This document shows, piece after piece, positions 27,368 to 36,436 of a stretch of DNA of 64,000 nucleotides. The position numbers and the translations under genes were made by a program. How positions within the stretch are numbered: position 1 is the stretch's first letter; every line of letters begins with the position of its first letter. The notes below the pieces were generated by a model. It searched no databases. It was not told the DNA's origin and worked only from the letters and a program-made list of their open reading frames with translations. The stretch is from a bacterium (GTDB taxonomy: Bacteria > Patescibacteriota > Patescibacteriia > SBBB01), in contig SBBB01000025.1 in NCBI GenBank assembly GCA_005239895.1, positions 98,170-162,169 of the forward strand, written 5' to 3'.

Positions 27368-28108
27368 TTATAAACTCCCCATAAATACTTTTTCTAAAAT
27401 ATCATTTCCTAATAATTCTTGCGATGTTTTATGCACCACAATTTTTCCTTTGTCTAAAACATAAGCACGATTAGTAATTTCAAGCAAAGATTTAGTATTA
27501 TGTTCAACTACCATAATCGCAGTTTTATGTCTCTCGTTGATTTCTTTAATCTTTGCAAATACTTCTTTAACAATTTTTGGAGCTAGACCTAAAGATGGTT
27601 CATCCAAAAGCAAAACTTTAGGATCAGTCATGAGTCCTCTAGCCAAAGCTACCATTTGTTGTTGCCCACCTGACAATACCCCTGCTTTTTCTTTTCTCTT
27701 GGATTTCAACGCTGGAAAAGTATCCAAAACCTCAGTCATTTGTCTTTTAACTTTTTTAGAGTCTCTAAAAATATAACCGCCAATTTCTAAATTTTCTTCA
27801 ACAGTCATGCTACTAAAAACGCGTCTGCCTTGAGGTACAAAAACAATACCCATTTCAACTATTTCATAAGAAACTGGTTTTAATTCTCTTTCATGCCAAA
27901 ATACTTTACCTCCCTGAATGGGGGTTAAACCAAAAATAGTTTTTAACATTGTTGATTTACCAGCGCCATTAGGTCCCATTAAAGCAATAATTTCACCTTC
28001 ATCAATATCTATATCAACCCCATCTAAGGCCTTAACTCCACCATAATGAACGGAAATATTTTTTAATTGTAATAAAACTTCTTTGTTCATTTTTTTAATG
28101 TTATTCAC
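27368..28108 (-). CDS. livF: Branched-chain amino acid ABC transporter ATP-binding protein LivF
   Basis: GPNGAGKST Walker A, LSGGQQQM signature, LLLDEPSLGL Walker B. Part of the liv cluster. Confidence 0.85.
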   Translation of the reverse strand: MNNIKKMNKEVLLQLKNISVHYGGVKALDGVDIDIDEGEIIALMGPNGAGKSTMLKTIFGLTPIQGGKVFWHERELKPVSYEIVEMGIVFVPQGRRVFSSMTVEENLEIGGYIFRDSKKVKRQMTEVLDTFPALKSKRKEKAGVLSGGQQQMVALARGLMTDPKVLLLDEPSLGLAPKIVKEVFAKIKEINERHKTAIMVVEHNTKSLLEITNRAYVLDKGKIVVHKTSQELLGNDILEKVFMGSL

Positions 28109-28140
28109 TAGTCAAAACTCATTGTGTTTTATACTTAATT

Positions 28141-28330
28141 GTCATTCCCGCGAAGGCGGGAATCCAGGTTTATTCAAATATAAAAAATAAATAAAATTTA
28201 AACTTTTTTCAAAAAGTCCTCTATAAAAAAATAATTATTAGATTACAGTTGTAGTTTAATATTAATATTAATTGGTGCAATAATGATAAGTGTACATGCT
28301 TCTGGATTCCCGCCTTCGCGGGAATGACAA
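28141..28330. mobile_element. MITE-like element copy 2 (inverted orientation relative to copies 1 and 3)
   Basis: TIRs GTCATTCCCGCGAAGGCGGGAATCCAGG (28141-28168) and CTGGATTCCCGCCTTCGCGGGAATGAC (28302-28328). The internal sequence is the reverse complement of copy 1/3 internal sequence. Lies between livK and livF. Confidence 0.65.
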
Positions 28331-28396
28331 GGGTGGATGTAAATTCAAATTTATGTAATAATTCTTAATTCATAATTCATAATTCATAATTCTTTT

Positions 28397-29578
28397 TTAA
28401 TCTTCGTATTTAACAAACTTTCCATCCTTAACTGTTTTTAACATTATGGGTTTGTTAACATCACCATTCTTGTCAAAAGTAGTTAAACCACCCATTCCAG
28501 GATAATCTTTAACTACGTATAAATAATCTCTAATACAATCGGTTTTTTCCCCGCCGCACTTTTGAATAGCATCGCTAATCAACATAACAGCATCATAGGC
28601 ATTGGCCTCAAAAGCATCAGCATCTTTATTATATTTTATTTTATAAGTTTCGTTAAAAGCTTGAACCTTGGGATCATTTAAATCAAAAACCGGACTGCTA
28701 AAAATAACCCCCTCAGCAACTAAACCAATATCTAAAAATTCTTTAGTTCCAATAGCCGCACTGCCAGTGATTAAAGTTTCAGGAGCCAGTTCTTTAATTT
28801 GTTTTACTAAATTGCCAGCGTCTTTACCCAAAGCCACAGCTAGATAAAACGTTTTAGCGCCACTATTTTTGGCTTTTAAAATATCAGTTCTAAAATCAGA
28901 AGTATTTTCATCGTATTGATGATCCATGCTTATTTGACCACCTAATTTTTCAAATTCCTCTTTGAAAAATTTACTATAACTAATGGAGTTAGCTGATTTA
29001 GCAGTAAATAACGCAAGTTTATCAATGTTTTTATTTTTTAGAAATTTAGCCATTCCTTTTCCATGACTAACAGCGCTTTCTCTATTTCGAAAAACATAAT
29101 CACCAGCTTGAGAAATCTCGTCAGCCGCAGCAATAGGGGTAAATAAAATAACTTTACTTTGTTCAGTAATAGGGGCAATAGCTAAAACATCATTAGAACG
29201 AACTGGACCAATAACCACCTTAACTTTATCAATATCAACTAACTTTCTAGCGACTGAAACTGCTGAGTCTACCTCGCTTAAAGTATCTTCATAAACAACT
29301 TCCAATTTTAAGTTTCCCTGTTTATTAATTTTTTCTACAGCTAAATCTATACCATTTTTTAATCTTTCACCTAAAGAAGCGCCCTTGCCTGTAAAAGTTA
29401 AAGCCGCGCCAATTTTAATTGGCTCTTTAATTACCGGTTGATTTGTTTTAAATGTTTCTTTAACACTTGACTCATTTTTATTCATTCCATACCAAAACCC
29501 TAACATAACAATTAAAAATAAAACCACACCAATTATGATTTTTGTCCCATTAGAAGTTTTTGCGTCATTTGTATTCAT
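28397..29578 (-). CDS. livK: Branched-chain amino acid ABC transporter substrate-binding protein LivK/LivJ
   Basis: N-terminal TM/signal anchor, then a periplasmic-binding-protein type I fold pattern (IKIGAALTFTGKGASLG). Confidence 0.8.
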   Translation of the reverse strand: MNTNDAKTSNGTKIIIGVVLFLIVMLGFWYGMNKNESSVKETFKTNQPVIKEPIKIGAALTFTGKGASLGERLKNGIDLAVEKINKQGNLKLEVVYEDTLSEVDSAVSVARKLVDIDKVKVVIGPVRSNDVLAIAPITEQSKVILFTPIAAADEISQAGDYVFRNRESAVSHGKGMAKFLKNKNIDKLALFTAKSANSISYSKFFKEEFEKLGGQISMDHQYDENTSDFRTDILKAKNSGAKTFYLAVALGKDAGNLVKQIKELAPETLITGSAAIGTKEFLDIGLVAEGVIFSSPVFDLNDPKVQAFNETYKIKYNKDADAFEANAYDAVMLISDAIQKCGGEKTDCIRDYLYVVKDYPGMGGLTTFDKNGDVNKPIMLKTVKDGKFVKYED

Positions 29579-29793
29579 ACATTTTATGTTTAAAAATTAT
29601 TCTACTGCATACCACTGCATACCACGTTAGAGTATTAAAGACTTCTAACGGGGATCATATATTTTATAGTTGAAACTTAAATTATTACCATACTATAATC
29701 AGTATCTTATACAACTTTGGAAAATTTGTCTACTTAGTACTTTAAACATTTTCCGTAATTCTTATATCTTAAATCGTAAATCTTAAATCTATT

Positions 29794-30549
29794 TTACTCT
29801 CCTAAATACGCTTCAACTACTTCTCTTTTTGCTAAAACTTTATCAGGGGCACCTTCGGCTAATAACCTGCCTTCGTCCATAACAAAAATATAATCACAAA
29901 GTTCACGCATTAAACCCATATCGTGTTCAATTAAAATTACAGTTTTATTTTCTTTTTTAAATTCTTGAATAATATCCGCAAGCATTTTTTTCATTTCTGG
30001 AAAAAGTCCAGCAAAAGGTTCGTCTAATAAATAAATGTCGGCTTTCATGGCTAATATCCTAGCAATTTCCAAAAGCTTTCTTTGCCCGTAAGATAGATTA
30101 ATAACTAATTGATCTTTTTTGCTCCAAAGATTAATTTTATGCAAAACTTCTTCGGCAATTTTTAAATGATAAGTTGTGTGTTTTTCAAAAAGAGAACCAA
30201 AAATATTTCTTTCAGTTAAAACAACCAAAATATTATCCAACACGGTCATTTGTTCAAAAAGCCTAACATTTTGAAAGGTTCGCGTAATTCCGTAAAAAGA
30301 AATTTGGCGCGATAATATTTTATTAAATTTTTGAGCTTCATTAATTACCACTTCTCCAGCATCTATAGATAACATGCCACTCAATAAATTTATAAATGTA
30401 GTTTTCCCCGATCCATTTGGGCCTACTATACCAGTAATACTCCCCCTTTCTATGTTTATAGAAAGATGATCAACAGCGTGAACACCACCAAATTGTTTTA
30501 TTAAATTTTTAGTTTCAATAGCTAACATAAACAAGTTAAAAGTTCGCAA
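29794..30549 (-). CDS. livG: Branched-chain amino acid ABC transporter ATP-binding protein LivG
   Basis: LIKQFGGVHAV, GPNGSGKTT, LSYGQRKLLEIAR and LLDEPFAG motifs. Confidence 0.85.
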   Translation of the reverse strand: MRTFNLFMLAIETKNLIKQFGGVHAVDHLSINIERGSITGIVGPNGSGKTTFINLLSGMLSIDAGEVVINEAQKFNKILSRQISFYGITRTFQNVRLFEQMTVLDNILVVLTERNIFGSLFEKHTTYHLKIAEEVLHKINLWSKKDQLVINLSYGQRKLLEIARILAMKADIYLLDEPFAGLFPEMKKMLADIIQEFKKENKTVILIEHDMGLMRELCDYIFVMDEGRLLAEGAPDKVLAKREVVEAYLGE

Positions 30550-30582
30550 AGTTATAAAGTTCGTAAAATTTTAAAAAAATAG

Positions 30583-30867
30583 TTATTTTTCTAAAACAAA
30601 CCTTTCCACTAATTTGTCATTGAATTTTACTATAGAGAACCACTCATCAAGTGGCCTTGTAAATAATTCAGCGTCAGCATTTTGATAAAGCGGTTTATAC
30701 ACAACCATCCAAATATCATCATTAGAATGAATTGCAAGACCAACTACTTCATACTTGTCACCTTTATAATGAAGATATTTTTCGCCTTTCTTTGGTGTTC
30801 TTTCTGGCATTTTAGGTATCCATCCTTTTGTCATAATAAATATATTATCACAAACAAAACAATACAA
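30583..30867 (-). CDS. DUF1653-family small protein
   Basis: YLHYKGDKYEVVGLAIHSNDDIWMVVYKPLY...LFTRPLDEW matches the DUF1653 consensus. The true start may be an internal Met. Confidence 0.55.
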   Translation of the reverse strand: MYCFVCDNIFIMTKGWIPKMPERTPKKGEKYLHYKGDKYEVVGLAIHSNDDIWMVVYKPLYQNADAELFTRPLDEWFSIVKFNDKLVERFVLEK

Positions 30868-30873
30868 GAAGCA

Positions 30874-31824
30874 TTAAGAGCAAGACCGAGAAACTCCGTC
30901 TGCTAATCCTAGACATGTATTCATATTTTTATCAGAAAATTTTAAAGTCGAAATTTCTGGACTAGCCCGATGATTTAATACAGTTAAACCAGTATCAATT
31001 CGTATCTGATCTGGATATTTATAAGTTGTACTGTGTAGTTCATGACGCAAAACTTCTAAAGATAAATCGTTGTTATCACTATCAGTAATAGGAACAATAA
31101 GGAAGGGATGATCAAATGTTAAACGATTACCACCAAAACTACGCTCACTAAAAGCAATACCAATCGCAACCCTTATATTCTTCTGGGCAACTTCTTTTGC
31201 AAAATGAGACCTAGATATAATAAAACCCTGCGGTAATTGTTCAGTATTATTAAAACGACCTGTAGCATCATAATAAGCAACAAAGGCTCTATGAAAACCT
31301 TCTGGTCTTTGCATAGATAAATCCACTAAAGAATCTTTTTGCCAATCTATATGACCTAAATATTTAGTATTACAAATCTCGGCTAATTTTTTTGCCCATT
31401 CAATGGCGTAATAATCTGGAGGAAGAGATATATCAATTTTATCTTTATTTTTATTAATATAAACTGTGGCGCAACCACACTCTGCGTGACTATACACGCC
31501 TTTAATGTTTTTTCCTTTTAAAGCTTCTACCACTTGCTCTTGATGCAAAATACCAGATCCACCAATTCTAATACCACCACCAGATATACCTTCGTCAATA
31601 CAACGAACACAATTATCATTTTCTCTAAACATTGAATCTGTATTTATATTAGTATCTTCAATATATTTTTTAAAACCTTTTTCCCACAAAGACTTAAACT
31701 TATTTTTTTGTTCTTTCCAATATTCTTCAATATTAAAATGTTCTTCAGGCTCAGATAATTTATGCATATTTTTTATGTTTACAAATAATAATTTAAAAAC
31801 AATCAAAAAATAATACACCCACAC
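30874..31824 (-). CDS. Hypothetical Cys/His-containing protein (CxxC...HAECGC), function unknown
   Basis: 316-aa ORF with no recognisable family. The first 19 aa are possibly a spurious extension (internal MHKLSEPEE). Confidence 0.5.
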   Translation of the reverse strand: MWVYYFLIVFKLLFVNIKNMHKLSEPEEHFNIEEYWKEQKNKFKSLWEKGFKKYIEDTNINTDSMFRENDNCVRCIDEGISGGGIRIGGSGILHQEQVVEALKGKNIKGVYSHAECGCATVYINKNKDKIDISLPPDYYAIEWAKKLAEICNTKYLGHIDWQKDSLVDLSMQRPEGFHRAFVAYYDATGRFNNTEQLPQGFIISRSHFAKEVAQKNIRVAIGIAFSERSFGGNRLTFDHPFLIVPITDSDNNDLSLEVLRHELHSTTYKYPDQIRIDTGLTVLNHRASPEISTLKFSDKNMNTCLGLADGVSRSCS

Positions 31825-31974
31825 AATATAAGTGTCAAGTAAATTTATCTACCTAATATAACCTGTAAATTAAAAGAGCCCCTATGTTGCGATTGTAGGG
31901 GCTCACTATGTTAATGTTGCTTTTTTATAATGCGCATTTCGGTTAAAAAAACCAAAAAGCAGCAACTCTTCTAT

Positions 31975-32181
31975 TTATTTATCTGTCCTGGATGTTAATT
32001 TTACCTGCCATATATCAGTTAAACATAACATGAGTAAGAAAAAACACACTATCGACACTAAGCCTGCTACCTGAATGTCTGTAAAAAGAAACACTATAAA
32101 ACTTATGGAACAAAGAGCCGAAGAAAGATATACAGATACTACTAAAAAACTGGTTCGTATTTGCGTTATAAGATTTTTCAT
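31975..32181 (-). CDS. Small two-TM membrane protein
   Basis: SD AGGAGAA 5 nt upstream of the ATG; 68 aa, hydrophobic. Confidence 0.45.
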   Translation of the reverse strand: MKNLITQIRTSFLVVSVYLSSALCSISFIVFLFTDIQVAGLVSIVCFFLLMLCLTDIWQVKLTSRTDK

Positions 32182-32532
32182 GATGTTCTCCTAATTATTT
32201 ACAAGGGTTGATTAAATTTCAAAACTTCAAAATTAAACTAGAGATACGCCATAAGCATTTTTAGTTTATATTTAAGTTTACCGTAAATATATTTTTTGTC
32301 AACCTCGTTAGAGATTATAAAAACCTATCTTATCTATATTTTAGACAGAATTATAGCTACCAATTATTTAACCATAAATATAAAATATAAACCTCTAACT
32401 GGGTCAACCAAATATTTTTTAAAAAACAGGTAGGGAGTCATCCAATAAAGACTCCCTACCACCATAATAAACCGCAATAAACCGCGGTAATATTTTACCA
32501 AAAAAATACCATCATCTTCGTGAAAATTGATA

Positions 32533-32928
32533 TCACCCAAACGAACAATCAAGATCACGAAAGTTAATCAATATTCCTTCTGGTAACTTGGTTTTTAGCT
32601 CTTTTATCTTGGTTGCTAATCCATCCGAACACTGATTGTCGCCAATGTTTCGAGAAAGATTATAAACATTGGCTGTGCCCCAATAAACACGCTCCTGATA
32701 AATAGCCTTTTGGCCATAAGTGTTTATAACCACAAACCGAAGCATGTGTCCAAAATATAACTCAGGACCTGTGCTCCCAATTTGATTGCTATTGTTTCTT
32801 ACGACCCAGTATGACTCTGCCTCTACAGATTTGCAGCTTGACTCTTTCGCAATCTCTACAAGTTCTTCCATGGTCTCAACCTCGTACGGAAAAAACTGTA
32901 AAATTAAACGTTTAATAAACTCTAACAT
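32533..32928 (-). CDS. Hypothetical protein (131 aa from the Met with SD)
   Basis: SD AAAGGAGG 6 nt upstream of the internal ATG (MLEFIKR...). The ORF-track start at 32967 has no SD. Local GC is elevated. Confidence 0.5.
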   Translation of the reverse strand: MLEFIKRLILQFFPYEVETMEELVEIAKESSCKSVEAESYWVVRNNSNQIGSTGPELYFGHMLRFVVINTYGQKAIYQERVYWGTANVYNLSRNIGDNQCSDGLATKIKELKTKLPEGILINFRDLDCSFG

Positions 32929-33064
32929 GGTGGCCTCCTTTCGTGCGTCGGTTCTACTTAGAGCCATTGCCTAAGCTCTCTATAAATATAACATATTATT
33001 TAATTTTAACAAATTTTGTTGTTTTTCAAACAATTGCATTTTAAGTATATATAGAATAAACTAT

Positions 33065-33099
33065 GAAGCTACTTGGAAGTTTCGCTTCCAAGTAGCTTC
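33065..33099. repeat. REP-like hairpin GAAGCTACTTGGAAG-TTTCG-CTTCCAAGTAGCTTC overlapping the RayT stop codon
   Basis: Perfect 15-bp arms; contains GTAG; sits immediately 3' of the transposase gene. Confidence 0.6.
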
Positions 33100-33767
33100 T
33101 AATCGACTTCTAAAGCTTTTTTTCTAGACTGTGTGTCCTGCCAAGATTCTATAGCAAAGTCTAGATATATTTTTGGGTTTTTAAATTGATCTAATATAAT
33201 TTTTGTATCACATAAACCTTTCTCGTTTTTAATATATTCTTCTAAGCTAGATTTACTTAAACTAAGAATTTTATTTCCGGATTTATCTCGATTGTTCATA
33301 TTTATATAAGCGCTTAAATGAATCAGGTATCGATTATCAGATATATGTTTTGATTGAAAATTCCCCTGAAATAACACACCATTTCTTTTATATTTTTCAT
33401 TGAAATATTTAGTATAACCACCAATCCGTTGCATAAATTTTTCAATTCCTTTTTCTACAACAGGGGTGATAAGAAAATGAAAATGGTTTGGATTTATACA
33501 AAAAGCTATAATTGAAACCAACTTGGAAGTTTCGCTTCCAAGTTTTTCTTTGTCTTTTTTAAAAGAAAATTCATAAATACTCCCAATGGGTTCTAATCTA
33601 TTAAAATCTTTTATACTTTTTAACAAACGATCTAAATCAAATTTATCAAGAATTATTTTTCTTTTATCAACACCACGATTGTATATGTGATAATATTCTC
33701 CAATAATAAATTCATGTTTTCTAGTACTCATAAATAAATAATAACATATTTGGTTAATTAGTAACAA
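33099..33767 (-). CDS. IS200/IS605-like HUH Y1 transposase of the REP-associated (RayT-like) type
   Basis: YHIYNRGVDKRKIIL, HUH motif NHFHFLITP, and GVLFQGNFQSKHISDNRYLIHLSAYINMN (matching the G.LWQGR.KS...YL..RYIELNP pattern of RayT/TnpA-REP). The real start is probably the second Met (MSTRKHEF). Confidence 0.65.
   Translation of the reverse strand: MLLINQICYYLFMSTRKHEFIIGEYYHIYNRGVDKRKIILDKFDLDRLLKSIKDFNRLEPIGSIYEFSFKKDKEKLGSETSKLVSIIAFCINPNHFHFLITPVVEKGIEKFMQRIGGYTKYFNEKYKRNGVLFQGNFQSKHISDNRYLIHLSAYINMNNRDKSGNKILSLSKSSLEEYIKNEKGLCDTKIILDQFKNPKIYLDFAIESWQDTQSRKKALEVD
33520..33544. repeat. REP-like hairpin AACTTGGAAGTTTCGCTTCCAAGTT located inside the RayT coding sequence
   Basis: Encodes LGSETSKL in frame; same core as the 33065 and 15875 copies. 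Confidence 0.5.
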
Positions 33768-33813
33768 CCACTTAGGAGCAAGGCACCTAAGTTAGTAGGA
33801 AGTAACTCTCAGT

Positions 33814-34698
33814 TTACAATTTATACTCCCCTATTAAGCCTTGCGGCCTATAAAGCATTAATAAAATTAAAATAACTCCATATACTACTTGCCTCATTTG
33901 AGCGGCTATGTCTGGTGGAAAACCAACAAAACGCAAAATTTCAGGCAATAATATTAAAAACAATGCTCCCAAAACTGCGCCACGCAAATTAGCTAGTCCT
34001 CCTAAAATAATAATAGCTAGAATAAATATGGATTCGTGTATAGTAAAACTAGTGGGGTCAATAAATGTAATATAAGAAGCGAAAAGCGAACCAGCGATGG
34101 ATGCCATAACAGCAGCCACAATAAAAATCATTAATTTAAAATATAAAACATTGTAACCAAAGACCTCTATGGCCTTTTCATCTTCTCTAATAGCTTTCAA
34201 AACCCTACCAAACGAAGAATTAATTATAAAATATGACAAATAATAAATTAAAATTAAAAACGCAAAAGTAAGAATTAAAAATGCGAAATTATTCGAAATT
34301 AAAAATTGGAAATTAAAAATTTTTATTTCCGGTCTAGCAATGCCTGGTATACCCAAAGGCCCTCTCGTAACACTTTGCCAATTTAATAAAATCGCAAAAA
34401 TAATAGTATTAAAACCCAAAGTGCCCAAAGCATAATAATCGCCTTTAAATTTTGATAATACTAAACCAATCAACAAACTAATAACAGCGGTTATAATCAT
34501 GCCCAATATAATTGAAACAAAAAATCCCAATTTAAATTGAGTTAATAAAATAGCGGTAGTATAAGCTCCAATACCATAAAAAGCAGCATGAGTTACAGAT
34601 AACAATCCAGTATAACCTACAACTAAATTTAAGCTAACCACAAGCATGGCGTAAATAGCGAACAAAATTGAGAGATGAACTAAGTATTCCATAAACAA
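33814..34698 (-). CDS. livM: Branched-chain amino acid ABC transporter permease LivM
   Basis: Polytopic permease with the LivM-type pattern GYTGLLSVTHAAFYGIGAYT. Confidence 0.8.
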   Translation of the reverse strand: MFMEYLVHLSILFAIYAMLVVSLNLVVGYTGLLSVTHAAFYGIGAYTTAILLTQFKLGFFVSIILGMIITAVISLLIGLVLSKFKGDYYALGTLGFNTIIFAILLNWQSVTRGPLGIPGIARPEIKIFNFQFLISNNFAFLILTFAFLILIYYLSYFIINSSFGRVLKAIREDEKAIEVFGYNVLYFKLMIFIVAAVMASIAGSLFASYITFIDPTSFTIHESIFILAIIILGGLANLRGAVLGALFLILLPEILRFVGFPPDIAAQMRQVVYGVILILLMLYRPQGLIGEYKL

Positions 34699-34700
34699 TA

Positions 34701-34842
34701 AAACCCTAAACTCTAAACACTAAATACTAAACACTAAACAAAATAATTATAACACAAACTTTATACTCTAAATCTACCACAAATTCCACTATAAGCAAAA
34801 GAATAAACCCTAAACTCTAAACAAACTTAAAAACTAAAATAC
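34701..34842. repeat. Two direct copies of AAACCCTAAACTCTAAACA, the first extended into a (ACTAAAY)n array
   Basis: 34701-34744 and 34805-34842 read directly. Inverted partner at 35211-35255. Confidence 0.6.
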
Positions 34843-35205
34843 TTACGATCTACATTTTTCTACTATAGAACCAAAAATCTTCATCAGCTCAGTAACTTCC
34901 TGAATCAACTCATCTTTCTCTCTATGTTGATCTAACTTAGGCTCACTTAAAACCAACCAATACCTACTTTCTTTAGCTTCTTTCCTAGATATTTTTATTC
35001 TCATAATAAAATCTTTTTTACTTAATGATTCTTCGACTTCAATATAATTAGCCCCCACTGATCCAGCCGATCTAACCAATTGCTTACCAATTTCAATATT
35101 AGATATAGTTTTGGATAAATTATTTACATAAACATTAGCTCTCTTAGCAAATTTAAGAGTTCTGTCCCCTAAGTCATATTGTTTTGTATTTTGAATTTTG
35201 ATCAT
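34843..35205 (-). CDS. Four-helix-bundle protein of the 23S rRNA intervening-sequence protein family
   Basis: RSAGSVGANYIEVEES...SRKEAKESRYWL matches the TIGR02436/PF05635 signature (GS..SI..NIAEG...E..YWL). Inserted between livH and livM. Confidence 0.65.
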   Translation of the reverse strand: MIKIQNTKQYDLGDRTLKFAKRANVYVNNLSKTISNIEIGKQLVRSAGSVGANYIEVEESLSKKDFIMRIKISRKEAKESRYWLVLSEPKLDQHREKDELIQEVTELMKIFGSIVEKCRS

Positions 35206-35210
35206 TTGAA

Positions 35211-35255
35211 TTTGTTTAGTGTTTAAAATTTAGTATTTAGTGTTTTATTTTCTAA
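35211..35255. repeat. (GTTTAGT)n array, reverse complement of the 34701-34744 array; overlaps the livH stop
   Basis: TTTGTTTAGTGTTTAAAATTTAGTATTTAGTGTTTT is the reverse complement of AAAACACTAAATACTAAATTTTAAACACTAAACAAA. Confidence 0.6.
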
Positions 35256-36117
35256 TGATTCCGGTCGGTCTGAATATCAAAAATAGTATTAATAATCCAA
35301 AAGCAATGGCATCTTTCCATTCTCCGGATATTTTCCAAATACCAAAATTTTCTACAAAACCTAAAATAAACGCGCCCAGCACACCACCAAAAATACTCCC
35401 AATTCCACCAACAATAGAAGCAATAACACCCTTAAGCAGCAATCCTAATCCCATAGTTGGTTCAATACCAGTATCAAAACCAACTAAAATACCAGTTAAT
35501 CCAGCAATAGCTGAACCTATAAAAAACACCACACTGATTATCTTGTTAGTATTAATGCCAACTATTTTGGCTACTTCTTCATCGTCAGTCACAGCTCTGA
35601 CAGCTTTACCAAATTTAGTTTTATAAAGAAACAAAATCAGTCCGCATGCAACTGCAATAGCAGATATTAAAATAATCAGTTGGGTTTGAGTTATTAAACC
35701 ACCGAAAATATTAAAAATTTTTGAAGTGTCAATGTTAAATGAAAGCGTTTGAAATTGACTTGTAAATAAAATAGCAATTATGGCTTGAATGGCTGTAAAA
35801 GTTCCCAATGAAGCTACTAATAAAACCATACTGGACGCTTTTCTTTTTCTAAGCGGTAAATAAATAATTTTATCTAAAGCATAACCAAATAAACCAGTAA
35901 TTATAATACCTAAAACAACAGCTAGATATAAATTTAAACCCAAGGTTTTAGTAAAATAAAAAACTGAATAGCCAGCTATAGTTGCCATTACTCCGTGCGC
36001 TAGGTTAAAAAATTTAGTAACTCCGTAAATTAAATTAAAACCCAGAGAAATTAAAGCATAAACTGCTCCGGCAATAAGACTATTTAAAACCAATTGAGAA
36101 AAAATAGACATAGACAA
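35245..36117 (-). CDS. livH: Branched-chain amino acid ABC transporter permease LivH
   Basis: LivH-like polytopic permease (LNSLIAGAVYALISLGFNLIYG...). Confidence 0.85.
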   Translation of the reverse strand: MSMSIFSQLVLNSLIAGAVYALISLGFNLIYGVTKFFNLAHGVMATIAGYSVFYFTKTLGLNLYLAVVLGIIITGLFGYALDKIIYLPLRKRKASSMVLLVASLGTFTAIQAIIAILFTSQFQTLSFNIDTSKIFNIFGGLITQTQLIILISAIAVACGLILFLYKTKFGKAVRAVTDDEEVAKIVGINTNKIISVVFFIGSAIAGLTGILVGFDTGIEPTMGLGLLLKGVIASIVGGIGSIFGGVLGAFILGFVENFGIWKISGEWKDAIAFGLLILFLIFRPTGIIRK

Positions 36118-36120
36118 AAG

Positions 36121-36180
36121 TTGAAAGTTAAAAGTTTAAAGTTAAAAAGTTAAAGATTAGAAAGTTAACCCATTTTTTGT
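36121..36180. repeat. (AAAGTTAA)n tandem array
   Basis: ttgaaagttaaaagtttaaagttaaaaagttaaagattagaaagttaacc. Inverted partner at 36275-36320. Confidence 0.55.
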
Positions 36181-36196
36181 CATTATTGTAATTTTC

Positions 36197-36245
36197 TGTC
36201 ATTCCCGCGAAGGCGGGAATCCAGGAGCGTATTCAACGTGTAACC
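36197..36245. mobile_element. Solo MITE end (TIR CTGTCATTCCCGCGAAGGCGGGAATCCAGGAGCGTA plus about 15 nt), no partner TIR
   Basis: Identical to the copy-1 left TIR through AGCGTAT, then diverges; no right TIR within 300 bp. Confidence 0.55.
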
Positions 36246-36274
36246 CAGATTCACATAAAAATTAACAATAAATA

Positions 36275-36320
36275 ACCTTATCAACTTTCAACTTTCTAAC
36301 TCTAAATCTAAATATATAAT
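36275..36320. repeat. (CAACTTT/CTAAAT)n array, inverted relative to 36121-36180
   Basis: atcaactttcaactttctaactctaaatctaaat. Confidence 0.45.
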
Positions 36321-36436
36321 ATAAACAAAAGAAAGTAAACGCAATTAACTATTGTTTTTATTTTAATTTTTGCTAATATAAGTGCAGTTACACAAGACAG
36401 GTTTAGTGTTAGTCAATCTATACTAATAAATGGAGG

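Noticed and set aside
30874-31824. Beta-carbonic anhydrase assignment for the 316-aa Cys/His protein
   Set aside because: CIDEG...HAECGC is superficially like the beta-CA CxDxR...HxxCG pattern, but the Arg is missing and the spacing and remaining sequence do not fit. Left as hypothetical.
32364-32558. - strand ORF (64 aa)
   Set aside because: It overlaps the 3' end of the better-supported ORF 32533..32928 and has no RBS; there is not enough evidence to call it.
35240-35626. + strand ORF (128 aa)
   Set aside because: Antisense to livH.
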